A stretch of 63,187 nt of DNA, filler included, from Trichomonas gallinae (GCA_008369845.1; 3 parts of 3 records of this genome joined end to end with filler, not necessarily neighbours in it), one strand, 5' to 3'. Positions 11,317 to 23,134 are shown, numbered from the whole stretch's first letter. Notes: a model not told the origin generated them from the sequence alone. Made by a program: numbers and translations.

Positions 11317-12417
11317 ATGAGTTTAGAGGAATCATTTCTCAAGGATATTAACTCATCAATTAATATTTACAGCGGAAATGATGTTTTCAAATGCATTTTC
11401 TGTACCTTTGAGTCACAGAATGCAGTCGAAACATTAGTACATTTAAAAGATTCGCACGAATTTGTATTTCAAAACATTAGATGCATTCCTCTTTTTCATT
11501 TATACTTAGATCATTGGAGATATCACGCTCCTCCTATGACACAACTAAGAATTGATGGAAAAATTTATAATTCAATCGATACGAACAACGCTGAAGATAT
11601 AGAAATACGAAAAAGTTTGCATCAGATGCGACTAGAAAGCATCATGATTGAGCATGAACAGGAAAGAACAATAAAAAATCAAGACATTAATTGTTTATTT
11701 TGCCCTTCTTCGTTTTCCGGAACATGGCATGAATATTTGCAATGGTTATTCGAAGAACATCAGTTCAATCCAGGAAGACCATCAAATCTCGTTCAAATAC
11801 CAAAATTAATTCATTATCTCAAAAATCAACTCGATAACAATATCTGTATTTTCTGTAACTCGCAATTTCCTAATCAAAGAACGCTAATGTCGCATTTACG
11901 AAAGAAAAAACATATGAAAATTCCATCAGATCCAATTTTCGATAAATATTATATGATAAATTATCTTGAAATGGATGGTAAACCTACTACTTACGACGAT
12001 GAAGAAGATTCAGAGATGGAACCTTTAGAAGAAGCAATGAAAGATATTAACGAAGAAGAAATTAACGAAACTCAGTGTTTAATTTGCGATTCCATATTCC
12101 CAACCCCTCGAGAATGTTTAGTGCACATGCACAATCAGCATCATTTTGATATTTCGTTGATTAGAAATGCTTATCATAATGATTTTTATAATTGCGTTAG
12201 ATTTATCAATCACGTTAGGTATTTGCATAGTCAAAGGATATGTTTTGTTTGCAATCAAACAGTTGATGGAGATTTTGCTGAACATTATATGAATCATAAA
12301 GAAAAAATGCCACTGAGACTTCCTAAAGTAGATGGTGAAGATCAGCTACTGATACCTGTCATAGAATGTGATCCATTGCTAACAACAATCGAAAATTGCG
12401 ATTTAGATATGAACTGA
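11317..12417 (+). CDS. ZNF277-like C2H2 zinc-finger protein
   Basis: Repeated CxxC...H motifs (CIFC, CLFC, CIFC..LMSHLRKKKH, CLIC..HMHNQHHF, CFVC), FDKYYMINYLE and the terminal LLIPVIECDPLL typical of ZNF277. Start placed at 11317 because the upstream in-frame extension is promoter-like repeat DNA. Confidence 0.78.
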   Translation: MSLEESFLKDINSSINIYSGNDVFKCIFCTFESQNAVETLVHLKDSHEFVFQNIRCIPLFHLYLDHWRYHAPPMTQLRIDGKIYNSIDTNNAEDIEIRKSLHQMRLESIMIEHEQERTIKNQDINCLFCPSSFSGTWHEYLQWLFEEHQFNPGRPSNLVQIPKLIHYLKNQLDNNICIFCNSQFPNQRTLMSHLRKKKHMKIPSDPIFDKYYMINYLEMDGKPTTYDDEEDSEMEPLEEAMKDINEEEINETQCLICDSIFPTPRECLVHMHNQHHFDISLIRNAYHNDFYNCVRFINHVRYLHSQRICFVCNQTVDGDFAEHYMNHKEKMPLRLPKVDGEDQLLIPVIECDPLLTTIENCDLDMN

Positions 12418-12880
12418 TTAGATATAATACATTGGTTGCTGTAATTAATAAAAATATTATTGTTTCTTGTCATGTTGTATATCACAAAAATGTTTTTACT
12501 CACCAAAAAATTTTGATCATGATTTAATAACTTTTTTTAACTGAAATATAGTCAAAATGGAGTATCAAAAACATTTATCTAAGTTAAAATGTTACTGTTT
12601 CTTTTATCAAAGCTATAATTTGTTAAATCAATGAAATACAATCATTAAAATATCATGTGATTAAATTGAAGCAATAACAGCATATATATATTCATATACT
12701 CATTGTTATAATTAACGAATGATAGTATTGGATGATTAAATCAATAAAATAAAAATAAATAAATTAAAAAAAATCATATGGTGAAGTATTTTAATGATAT
12801 AGATTAAAAAAAACTAATTAAGGAGTGAAAGAAATATTTAAAATAAATACATGTATATAAAGAAATAAAAATATATAAAG

Positions 12881-15856
12881 TTATCTAGCGCGAACATTAT
12901 TATACAACAGTGTAAGTCTTCTTATTAAATCTTGATTTTCAACTTTCTTCATCTTAACGAGTTCCATGAACGCCTCGCAGACAACCAAGACGTTCTTGTT
13001 CGCTGACTTGTAGTTTTCGACGAATATTCCAAGAGTTTTGTCGATGTCAAAATCAGTCGTTTCAATTTTGTCGACGATAAACTTCGCGGCAGTAGATCCG
13101 ACAATCTCGCTCGACGAGTGCACGTAGAACGCGGCAACAGGGAAGATGGGCGACGGGTTGAATTCAGCAATGTAGTCAGCAGCTGAAGTCAGACACAAAA
13201 AGGCGGGCTTTCTCAACTCGATTCTCTTGCCGAATAAAATAGCGCAAAAAGAATCGTGAAGGTCAACAAACTCATCTACCCTGAACTTGGTTAAACAAGA
13301 ATAGTAGATGCTCATCAGCGTCAATGCGAGAGGATCATCAGCGTTAACTAAAGCATCAGCGAATAACGACGCGAGTTTCGTCTTCTTCAATAATTTCTCT
13401 TCGATTCTTACTGTCTTGATCGTCTCGCACGCGAATTTGACGTCATTGTTCATCATGAGGAACTCTATGACTTTGTAGAACTCCAGGCAGTGCCCGATAT
13501 TCTTCACGTCATAGGCAAAGATGTTCCTATATATAGGGACGAGTTTTGACAATTCAATGTCGAAGGGTAGATTAAGTATTATAGCGTTTGTGAACTCGGC
13601 GGAATCTTTGCAGCAGTCAGCGATGTATTTCAGGACGTTGTCATTGGAAGCAGCAGCGTGCATCAGAGCAGGGACCAATGTGTTTAATGTGTCCTCGTAT
13701 TTGACTAGTTCTTTAAACAGCATCAAGTTGGAATTGAATGTTTCAAGTAATAATTCATAGTCTTCTTCTTTTATCGCGTTTCTGACTTCATCGAACTTAA
13801 CAGCACCAATCATGCATGGAAGAACGAGTGGTGCGAGCATCTGCGGCATTTTCATCTTTCCCCAGAGCAAAACTTCCCATAATCCGTCTGGTGCTGACGA
13901 AATTGACCTGATCAGTCTGTTGGCCAACTGCAAGACGGCTGCTGATGACTGCGGCGGCATCGGGAGTCTGATAAATAAGAGTAATTGCTGGACGAAAGAA
14001 GGAGCTGACTTAAGGAAATCGAATCTGAGAACTGATGCCGATAAAAGAACGCTTAATGCCTTGTTTCTCAACACATCTGTCTTAAAGGATGAGTAGCTGA
14101 GCAAACCTTTCAAGACTTCAATGTCGAAAACCTTAGCTTCACGACATGTTAGCAAATAATTCATAGCAGTCTCACTATCAGAAGATTGCTCGAGTAACAC
14201 TGATGATATGACTCTTGTTAAGCCCAAATCGAGGAAATTAGACAGTGATTGTGCATCATTGCAGTTCGTGAAAATGTAATTAAGTGCCTCCTTGCGGTTT
14301 TCAGACGGAGGACCTTGTGCAATCATTATTGCTGTCTCAGGGGACACGTATTTCGGTTCTTTTGACTTAGCACGTGGCTTGATGATTTCTTTTTTAAAGT
14401 ATGGCAACGACAAACTTGATTTGTGGCGCGAAACGATGCCTGCTCTTAGGTTGAAATCGGCCTCATCGGTGCCTGGGAGGTGGCATTTTGAGTCCTGCAG
14501 CTCAGCGACAACCTTTGCCATTGTTGGACGATCTTGTGGTTCAGCGGACCAGCAAGCTGCCATCAGCTGTGCGAGCTTTGGAGGGCAGTTGTCAGGTATC
14601 TGTGGTCTTTCTCCGAATTCTGTGACCGCTCTTATGATTTGATTCGGTTGCATGTCTTTGTAAGGCATCTGGCCTGTAACCAGTTCCCAAAGGAAGATTC
14701 CGAAGCTGTATACGTCAACATGCTCATCGTAGAATGGAATAGACATTAAAACTTCAGGAGCCATCCAATGAACAGTTCCTATCATTCCTGTCATCGGACG
14801 GTTGTCACGTGTCCTGACCATGCCGAAGTCGCAGATCTTCGCGTTGTTGTTGCTATCGAGCAGCACGTTGAGAGATTTAAGATCTCTATGGATAACTCCT
14901 TTGCTGTGAAGGTATTCCAGGCCTCGTGCGACTGTTAATGCTATAAGCGATCTAGTTGTTGGGCTTAATTCGTCTGGCTTGTCGCGTAATTTATGATATA
15001 AAGATCCACCACTCATAAACTCAGTGCAAATGTAGAATGGGGCGTCTTCTGTGTATCCACAGAACTTAGTTAAGCTCGGATGTGAGAGAATTGTAAGGAA
15101 ATAAACTTCCCTTCTGTATGATTCGACATCCGCTTGAGAAAGTGTCTGTTTTGACAAAACTTTTATCGCAATTTCATCTGTTGAGTTCTTGAAGTGTCCC
15201 AGATAAACAGTACCCGACTGGCCGCGTCCTATGCTTTTTTCTAGCACACAGTCCTCATGCTTGACGAGAAGCTTAAGGCTCTCAGGTATTTCGGGTATAG
15301 TCAGGCTGTCGAGCTCCTCTGGGTCGTAGTGAACTCCCAGCTCTTCCAGGGACTGGAATCTTTTTTCAATTCTGTCGCCTGCTTCTTTTCTGTTTTTCTT
15401 GTAGACCTGTTCGAGAACTAATCCGATACGCTTCATGTCGACCAAGTCTTGTGATGTTAAGTCTTGATCTGAAATTTCCATATATCCTGCAGCGTTTGAC
15501 AGTCCAAGAACGAGTAGATTTTCCTTCATCGTGTTCCTGAAGTTCCTTATTTCTGCTTTTGGAGTCTGAATTGACGACGAGAGTAAAAATGTAAGACAAA
15601 CTTCGCGCTGACACTGCGAAAGGAGCTCCATGAAGTGATCAAGCTCACCCATGATCGTAGTGGCAGCTTTCTGCTCGGCTGGGTTGAATGATTCCTTTTC
15701 GTCTGCGTAAGAAGTAATAATATTGAGAATGTTCTTTATTGCTTGTATTGCGCTGTTTAACTTCGAGCAATGAATGTATGGCTGGATTCTTCGCTTCTTG
15801 GTGCTGATTATTTTCATCTTCAGCGCCTGCGGAGAAGGGAGAAATGCCACTTCCAT
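12881..15856 (-). CDS. TKL-group protein kinase with N-terminal MLKL-like helical bundle and C-terminal ARM/HEAT-like helical region
   Basis: GRGQSGTV, IAIK, HRDLKSLN, ICDFG, GTVHWMAPE and DVYSFG form an intact TKL kinase. The C-terminal half is Leu-rich and helical. Confidence 0.9.
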   Translation of the reverse strand: MEVAFLPSPQALKMKIISTKKRRIQPYIHCSKLNSAIQAIKNILNIITSYADEKESFNPAEQKAATTIMGELDHFMELLSQCQREVCLTFLLSSSIQTPKAEIRNFRNTMKENLLVLGLSNAAGYMEISDQDLTSQDLVDMKRIGLVLEQVYKKNRKEAGDRIEKRFQSLEELGVHYDPEELDSLTIPEIPESLKLLVKHEDCVLEKSIGRGQSGTVYLGHFKNSTDEIAIKVLSKQTLSQADVESYRREVYFLTILSHPSLTKFCGYTEDAPFYICTEFMSGGSLYHKLRDKPDELSPTTRSLIALTVARGLEYLHSKGVIHRDLKSLNVLLDSNNNAKICDFGMVRTRDNRPMTGMIGTVHWMAPEVLMSIPFYDEHVDVYSFGIFLWELVTGQMPYKDMQPNQIIRAVTEFGERPQIPDNCPPKLAQLMAACWSAEPQDRPTMAKVVAELQDSKCHLPGTDEADFNLRAGIVSRHKSSLSLPYFKKEIIKPRAKSKEPKYVSPETAIMIAQGPPSENRKEALNYIFTNCNDAQSLSNFLDLGLTRVISSVLLEQSSDSETAMNYLLTCREAKVFDIEVLKGLLSYSSFKTDVLRNKALSVLLSASVLRFDFLKSAPSFVQQLLLFIRLPMPPQSSAAVLQLANRLIRSISSAPDGLWEVLLWGKMKMPQMLAPLVLPCMIGAVKFDEVRNAIKEEDYELLLETFNSNLMLFKELVKYEDTLNTLVPALMHAAASNDNVLKYIADCCKDSAEFTNAIILNLPFDIELSKLVPIYRNIFAYDVKNIGHCLEFYKVIEFLMMNNDVKFACETIKTVRIEEKLLKKTKLASLFADALVNADDPLALTLMSIYYSCLTKFRVDEFVDLHDSFCAILFGKRIELRKPAFLCLTSAADYIAEFNPSPIFPVAAFYVHSSSEIVGSTAAKFIVDKIETTDFDIDKTLGIFVENYKSANKNVLVVCEAFMELVKMKKVENQDLIRRLTLLYNNVRAR

Positions 15857-16519
15857 TTCTGGGACAGGAGCGTCGATAATTTTTTTTTTTTACTTCTAAA
15901 ATGTTATTATTCAACCATTTTTACTTAATTTTCTTGTTTTTGACCATTATGTTCATAATCCAAATATTTTGACACTAAAAATCAATATATAGATTTTGAA
16001 ATAATATTCCAATGTAGTAAATGAAATTTAAGGAAAATTATTAATATGTCGTGTAAATTTGGTGTAAGAATAAATTTTGTCAATAAATTTTCAAATTGAA
16101 GGGAAACTGACGCATAAAATTTATTTGACTGATTTTTTGTCAGAGTTTTGAAATTATGGAAATCTGCCGATTTCATTTTGTAAATTAGATAATACTCTTT
16201 ATCAATAATCTGTATTTTAAATATAAAACAATAATAATATTTTGACATGTCAATTTGAAACTGATTAATTCTGACAGTGGAAATTCTTGACATTAATATT
16301 TTGTATTTAGATATTATTTATAATAATATACTTATACTATAAATTTGAAACTGAAAATACTTTATGCCAAACTAGTTTTACAAAAAGATATTTTGAATTA
16401 ATTTTGTCATGTAAAGAAGATTTTTGACAATTTTTTGATTGAATAAAATTATTAAATAAATCAATAGTATGGATCGAAATATTCATATTTTTCGTGAAGA
16501 TTTTTAAAATTTTTGTCTC

Positions 16520-19498
16520 ATGGCTGCTGAGTTATTGGATGTTTATAGATCAACAACAGATCCAAATTTAGTACAAGAAGCCACTGAGAACTTATTATCG
16601 TTGTACGAAAACCCTCAAGTCATTTACAATCAGCTTGAAATTTTAAATTCTCCAATTGAAATTGTTTTAAAACAAGCTGTGATCATCGGACTCAAAATGA
16701 CTCTCAACAAATATTGGGATTCTATACATTTAGATCCTTCGTCAGCAGAGATAAGAAATATAATATTGCAAATTCTTTCAAATGAGCAAAATCCGATTCT
16801 ACAGACTGCACTTATTGATGCTATATCGCCAATTATTACTTACGACCTTGAAATATGGCCAGACTTTTTAAACTTCATCCAATCTCTTGCAAACACACAA
16901 TTTTCATACTATCTGCAGTTAAGGACTCAAACTATTGGACATTTACCTGTTGCTTCCATATCAGAAAATATTCAAGAAATTTATCAACAGATTTTAGCTA
17001 GAATTACTACGCAAAATCAAAGCATTATCAAGCATTCATGCGAATTATTGATTGAATTATCGAATTTATTGAGTTTAGATGTTGATTTTCTTTCACACGC
17101 TTTTGAGCCGCTTCTCAACGCATTTATGTACTCGATTCAGAACAAACTAACGTCAACATCCGCAATTATCAAAGCTTTGGCGCATGTAATCGCTTCTCCA
17201 GAAGAATTTTGCGATATTAATGTTTTATTCACTAAATTGCTTGAAATGCTTGACCAAAGCTCTGAGCAGCAGTATTTGGTTGTAGATCCGTTGATTGTTG
17301 CCGTCAAACGCTTTCCTGAATATTCAAATTTAATTTCCAATGAAATATTAACAGTTTTGATCAAAATGGGCTCGTCTCTGGTTGACGACATATGTTTCGA
17401 CCAAATGGAAAATGTTCTTTACGTTTCTCGCTTCTTTGGAGTTATTTCAAATTGGTGGAACATAGAACAAGTTTTTCAGTTTTTAGTTGAGATCAACAGC
17501 GAAGAGGACATAAATTTAAGGATATTTTTGATGTATTGCTTCATAGAATTGGCTGAAAACTCAGCTGAATTAACATCAAGCCGATTTTCTGAGTTTATGG
17601 AGCTCTCTGTTACATCGATGGATACAGAAATCCACACATTGGCCGAGGCCGGTCTTACTCTAGCGATTTGTCTGCTTGGAGAAGGATTTGGAAATTTCAT
17701 TCAAAATCCTGATGAGTTTCTTGGCTGTATCATCAAGACTCTCAATATCGATGATGAGCAAATCCATTACAAAGCATTATCAGCGATTTCTAAGCTACTT
17801 TTCAGTGTTGAAATTTCTTCTGAGACCTATTCTGATTTAATTGCATGTTTAGTGTCAGTTGTCGAATCCATTCAGCCATCGCTTTTGTATTTAGCTGTTA
17901 CTTGCTTCACAGCTCTCATTTTGTCCGCTGGAGAAAATATTTCGCCATTTTTCAGCAATTTGAACGAAATATTCCAGCATACAATATCAGTTGGTGATAG
18001 TAATCCACTTGTCCAGCTCAGAAGCCTCGAAGGCCTTTGTTGTTTAATCAGTTATTTCCCAGAACAAACAATAGAAAGCCATGAAGCATGTTTACAACTT
18101 GTCATCTCCACAATGATGAACCAAGACCCTTCTGTTGTAGCAGCTGGCTTAACAGGACTGAAATTCATGTTGAAATCGCAAGCAGAAATTATTTCCGACG
18201 TTCAGAGCTTCGCTAAGCCTATTTTGGCCACTCTATCGCTTAATATAGACATGGAAATGACGCCACAAGACATAATTGACTCAAATAACGAAGTGCATCA
18301 GCTTGGATTTCAATGTTTGACGAAGATCATCAAGAAGCAGGTTTTAGATTCAGAATCCGTTGTGTCAATAGCAAATGTAGCATTATTAGCACTGTTAAAT
18401 GTCCCTGTTTTCGATACTCAATTGTCTGCAATTAAATTACTTGTAATTGCGTCAAAACAGGTTCCTGACATTTGCAACAAGTTCATCGCTAAGCTTGCTG
18501 GAATGATTACAGGCACAACGCAGCAAACTTGCCTTGCTTTTGAAGGATTAACGAAAATTATCAAGAATTTCGATGAGTTTGATCCAACAGTAATGAAGAA
18601 TGCGATAGAGACAGCTTTGTCAATGCTAGGTGGAGACAGAGAATGCGTAGAAGGCGATGAAGAAAACGAAAATGAAGAAAAAATTGTACAAAGAAATTTC
18701 GAGCTCAAAAACTCAATATTCATGTTCTTAGCTGAAGCAGCCTTTAAATTCCCGAGTCTGATCCCAATAGAAGACGTTTTCGAAATCGCGACATATTTCA
18801 AAGAGACAGAGAACATTGTTGATTATACAGAAATGCTTGGAATCTTTGTTGAGATCTTCGACACACAGTATAACAACATTCCGATTGTTTTTCGCAAGAA
18901 TATTGGAAATTGTTTCATGGAACTACTGAATGAGTGCAATTTTCAGATACCAACACATGCTATTTCTGGTGTTAGAACCGTTATAGAGAAAGAAAACACT
19001 GTTTCACAGAAAAATTTGCAAATTATTATGAATTTTGTTGAGACATTGTTCAACAGCGAATTTGATGGATCATTCTACTTCTACCCTTCAATTGGCTCAA
19101 CAATTTCGTTGCTGATGTCGATTATGAGACTTAAACCAGAATTAGTCAACGAAGAACTATTTAATACATGCTTAAACAACCTTCCTCAGAGATTCCCGCC
19201 ATCAGAATCAGACAATATCGTTGATACATTGTTTGACATTTTCCAAAAGAATTTAATTCCAGAAAACTCTGTCCTTGAGTTTCTCCGCGTGTTGTCCTCT
19301 GTTATAACATTCAGCAAGCGCAAAACTAAGACATTAGAATTAAAACAAAAATCTATCATGAAATGTTGTGTAGCATTCCACAAACTATGCGCAATGACTG
19401 GATCAAATGTAGAGAAAACACTTGCACAATTCGTGCAAAATGAAATTATATTAGAAAAAGCTCTAAATTTAATAAATCAAAGTTTAGAGCAACAATAA
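16520..19498 (+). CDS. HEAT/ARM-repeat protein, importin-beta/karyopherin-like (divergent)
   Basis: 992-aa acidic, all-helical sequence. N-terminus (VQEATENL...LKQAVIIGLK.TLNKYW...WPDFLNFI) is IBN_N-like, with an internal acidic loop EGDEENENEE. Confidence 0.65.
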   Translation: MAAELLDVYRSTTDPNLVQEATENLLSLYENPQVIYNQLEILNSPIEIVLKQAVIIGLKMTLNKYWDSIHLDPSSAEIRNIILQILSNEQNPILQTALIDAISPIITYDLEIWPDFLNFIQSLANTQFSYYLQLRTQTIGHLPVASISENIQEIYQQILARITTQNQSIIKHSCELLIELSNLLSLDVDFLSHAFEPLLNAFMYSIQNKLTSTSAIIKALAHVIASPEEFCDINVLFTKLLEMLDQSSEQQYLVVDPLIVAVKRFPEYSNLISNEILTVLIKMGSSLVDDICFDQMENVLYVSRFFGVISNWWNIEQVFQFLVEINSEEDINLRIFLMYCFIELAENSAELTSSRFSEFMELSVTSMDTEIHTLAEAGLTLAICLLGEGFGNFIQNPDEFLGCIIKTLNIDDEQIHYKALSAISKLLFSVEISSETYSDLIACLVSVVESIQPSLLYLAVTCFTALILSAGENISPFFSNLNEIFQHTISVGDSNPLVQLRSLEGLCCLISYFPEQTIESHEACLQLVISTMMNQDPSVVAAGLTGLKFMLKSQAEIISDVQSFAKPILATLSLNIDMEMTPQDIIDSNNEVHQLGFQCLTKIIKKQVLDSESVVSIANVALLALLNVPVFDTQLSAIKLLVIASKQVPDICNKFIAKLAGMITGTTQQTCLAFEGLTKIIKNFDEFDPTVMKNAIETALSMLGGDRECVEGDEENENEEKIVQRNFELKNSIFMFLAEAAFKFPSLIPIEDVFEIATYFKETENIVDYTEMLGIFVEIFDTQYNNIPIVFRKNIGNCFMELLNECNFQIPTHAISGVRTVIEKENTVSQKNLQIIMNFVETLFNSEFDGSFYFYPSIGSTISLLMSIMRLKPELVNEELFNTCLNNLPQRFPPSESDNIVDTLFDIFQKNLIPENSVLEFLRVLSSVITFSKRKTKTLELKQKSIMKCCVAFHKLCAMTGSNVEKTLAQFVQNEIILEKALNLINQSLEQQ

Positions 19499-19653
19499 AT
19501 CAATGTTTGTATTATTATCCTTGTATAATCTTCTTATATATATATCAAAATGCAAAATTTACATGTAATATGAAAAATTTGCAGCTGTATTTAAGTATTT
19601 TATGGTTTTGTGTGTGCGATATTTGTGTGTTCCTTTGTGTATCATATTCTGCC

Positions 19654-20435
19654 ATGAGGAAAGGAANNNNNNNNNNNNNNNNNNNNNNNNNNNNNNNNNN
19701 NNNNNNNNNNTTAATTAATTAANNNNNNNNNNNNNNNNNNNNNNNNNNNNNNNNNNNNNNNNNNNNATACATAGGTCAGGCATTCTCCATAGAGATATTA
19801 AACCTCATAACTTCTTGATTGGACTCGGAGAATGCAGAAATAGAATATACGCTATCGACTTTGGTGTTTCTACACAATACATCGATCCAAAAACAAAAGA
19901 GCATCAAATATACTCACCAAACAACGGTTTAATTGGTACAGCTCATTATGTTTCCGTCAATACACATCTAGGTGAATCTCAATCAAGGCGTGATGACCTT
20001 GAAAGCATCGTGTATGTGATCATTAGGTTCTTGAGAGGATCCCTTCCATGGCAGGAAGTCAAAATTAAAGATCCTGATGAGCGCCAAGAAAAAATTTCTC
20101 AAATGAAACTACAAACTACATCAGAGCAGTTATGCTTTGGAATTCCATCAGAATTCAGACAAATATATGAATACGTTCGCCGTTTAAGATATGACGAAAC
20201 ACCAAATTATGCTTGGATTAGATCAACCCTCCAAGGACTGTTTTTGAAGCATGGTTTTGTTAATGATGGCATATACGATTGGGATTTCCAAGCTTCAATT
20301 CATCGTCCACTTCCATCAATTTATTTAATTCGCTGTGCAGGTCAATACATCAGAGTTAATGAAAGAAAGATTAAGCCAAGAGACGATCGTGTTAAATATC
20401 CTAAGGGAAGAAGGATCTTCTACAATGAGAAATAA
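19654..20435 (+). CDS. Casein kinase 1 family kinase, interrupted by the assembly gap
   Basis: From 19767 the frame reads IHRSGILHRDIKPHNFLIG...IDFG...GTAHYVS...SRRDDLES...GSLPWQ (CK1 signatures). The probable start ATG AGG AAA GGA at 19654, with a TCAT Inr upstream, lies just before the gap; that link is inference. Confidence 0.85.
19667..19766. other. Artificial contig linker (44 N + TTAATTAATTAA + 44 N)
   Basis: Exactly 100 nt with a six-frame-stop spacer in the middle. Confidence 0.97.
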
Positions 20436-20957
20436 TATTATTATATGCGTTCATCAAACTTAAAATCCAGAGTCATGCTTGTGATATTCCTAATGTCAAT
20501 AATCTTCTGGATCGATTCGAGCTGCTCTTTTGCATCACAAGTTTATTGATTTTCATAATAGGCATAATACTCTGTTTTATTTGCTCTATTATGACAAAGC
20601 AAACAATATTCAATCATCTTTGACTGATACTGAGCATAATAAACGCGGACAAAAAAATTTTTAACGATAGATTTTGGCTACAAGATGCCTAATCTAAAAA
20701 GTTCTGACGAAATGATAAGCTTTCAAAGTTGTGAGCTTAATACTTGCGACACCAGGTCACAGGAACAAAATTAATATTATTATTTCATCAAAATCATGAG
20801 ATTATTATTGACTTGTTATCGGTGCTGATCTTGAATGAGGCACACAGACATAAACATATTTTGTTAGTATTCTTATAACTAAAAAAAAAACAAATTTGAT
20901 TTAATTAACTAAATAACATATTAGGTTTTATTCTAGTAACAAAAAAACATGACATGA

Positions 20958-21938
20958 TTAATATACACTGGAATTTGTAGGACTTGACTTATAAGTAATT
21001 TTTGGGATATTAGGAGTAATCTTAGGTATTTCACTAGAGCTCATCCATTTCTTAAGAGGTGTTATGCTCAATCTTGTAACACCTCTCTGTCTCTTTATGG
21101 TGCTATTTGAGTGCTGCAAGCGATTGCTTTGCGGAAGAGGCGGCAATGTCGAACATGAGGTTGGTTTAAAGAATGGCATATTCAGTAGCTCATCAACTGT
21201 TGCTCTTCTCTCAGGCTCGACAACTAAGCAACGTGCAATCAAATCTCTGAGGTCTTTGTTTGGAATGAGTTCTTGGTTATAATATCCACTAGACACAAGA
21301 ACCTTCAAACTCTGTATTGATTTCGACTTGAATGGATACTTGTGCGTGGCAATGTAATATAAGGTTACTCCTATTGCCCAGATGTCACTTTTTATCGGAT
21401 TATAGTTGGATTTTCCAATTAATTCTGGAGCCATGAAAAATGGCGTTCCTCTAAATGTGTGGTTGAGATGCGAGTCAGCATGGTGAGATGAAAGACCAAA
21501 ATCGCAAATTTTAAGGCGTTCGTACTTATCGAATAAGAAATTTGAAGGTTTAATATCTCCGTGAGCGATATTGTGATCGTGACATGCTTTGACTGCATTG
21601 ATAACTTCACCGGCGAGTTTTTTGATTGTAAGATCGTCTAAATGCTTGTTTTTATTTAAGAACTTATCTAAATCATTAGGACAAAGTTCCAATAAAAGGT
21701 AAACGAAACTATTGTATCTGTAAATCTTATATAAGCGAACGATATTTTGATGGTCTAATGATGTCAACGTTTCTATTTCAGACTGATTAAAGCCTTTCAA
21801 TGGAACTTTCTTGAATGCAAAATTTGTTTTATACTGCGTTGAATAGGCCTCATATATAACTCCGTGGCCGCCTTCCGCGATTGTCTTTTCGATGACTATG
21901 CCCAGGTTATTGAAATGCTGCCTCTCATTGATGTCCAT
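20958..21938 (-). CDS. CAMK-group Ser/Thr kinase (non-RD)
   Basis: IAEGGHGVIY, FAFK, HGDIKPSN, ICDFG, GTPFFMAPE, SDIWAIG. Confidence 0.9.
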   Translation of the reverse strand: MDINERQHFNNLGIVIEKTIAEGGHGVIYEAYSTQYKTNFAFKKVPLKGFNQSEIETLTSLDHQNIVRLYKIYRYNSFVYLLLELCPNDLDKFLNKNKHLDDLTIKKLAGEVINAVKACHDHNIAHGDIKPSNFLFDKYERLKICDFGLSSHHADSHLNHTFRGTPFFMAPELIGKSNYNPIKSDIWAIGVTLYYIATHKYPFKSKSIQSLKVLVSSGYYNQELIPNKDLRDLIARCLVVEPERRATVDELLNMPFFKPTSCSTLPPLPQSNRLQHSNSTIKRQRGVTRLSITPLKKWMSSSEIPKITPNIPKITYKSSPTNSSVY

Positions 21939-23134
21939 AAAAAAATATATATATGAACGTTCATTTGATTCAAAAAAATAATCGAGTTCTATGTCTTGTT
22001 TAATATAATGATGTTTAAAATCAAACTTTCGATAAAGATTTATAAATTCAATAAATTATATTCGATTTTTGTTTAGAGTTTTGAAATATTTCTGACACCT
22101 GTAACCGCTAAACGATTTATTTTCGATTTTCAAGATAGCACTTAAAATTCTAACTATAATTTTCTATTTTATGATTGTAAAGGAAATAAAATAATTCGAT
22201 AATTATCATTATTATATGGAATGTTATTGATAAAATGTTTGAGAGGCTCTGAAAATTTAAACTTTTGAATAAATTATTTATCGTATCAATCGATAAGAAT
22301 TTATCACATTTCTTTTTTATTTTAAAATTGTGTTGCTAAGAAGATACTCAGCAAGTTTTTAGAGCAAGTTTCTCGTTATTTTGTAGATACAAATTAACCT
22401 TATTATTTTTTATCAGCAATGAAAATAAATTAACGTTTTTCATGCATAAGATATGATTTCGAAGGTGCATTTCGAACAAATGCTACATAATGAATAATTT
22501 TTCTCTCGAGATGAATCAATAACTCTCCAAAATAATTTTTGATTTCTCAAAGTCAAAAGATAGACACTGACTTATGACTAATTTCACTCATTGTGTTGAA
22601 TAAAAGCTAAATTGAAATAAATCCACTTCCAATATTGCAATATTATTTCTTCAGATCTATAATAATATCGAATTCAGAATAATATAGTCATCGATATAAT
22701 ATAGAATCTTATGATATGATATATTGATACGCTCCAGCTATCTACTTAAACATTTTCAAAATGCGTAAATATATTTTTCAGTTTGCATCAATATTCTAAA
22801 ATAGACATCTTTATATGTAGTATAATTATTATACTATAATATATGTTTTGAGTTTCATATTTATTATAGATGATTTAGGAAAAATCAAAAAATAAAAAGG
22901 AAGAAAGTCAATTTGTATTGTGAGAATTCGTGTGTAAGCAAAAAATCCTCTAGTTAAAGATAACTAAAACCATGAAATCAATGGGATATTTTTCATTGAT
23001 TTTTGAATAATAGATTAAAAGCGAATGAACTATAAAATTAGAGGCTCTGTGTCCTGTTTTGCAATAATATATAATGCGAACGCATCGATTATTATAAAAA
23101 AATTCCGCTCAAACATGTCACCTTTTTGAAGAAA

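Noticed and set aside
19711..19722. TTAATTAATTAA palindrome (also at 41931-41942) as a piggyBac site or biological repeat
   Set aside because: Centred in fixed-length N runs; it is an artificial six-frame-stop linker.
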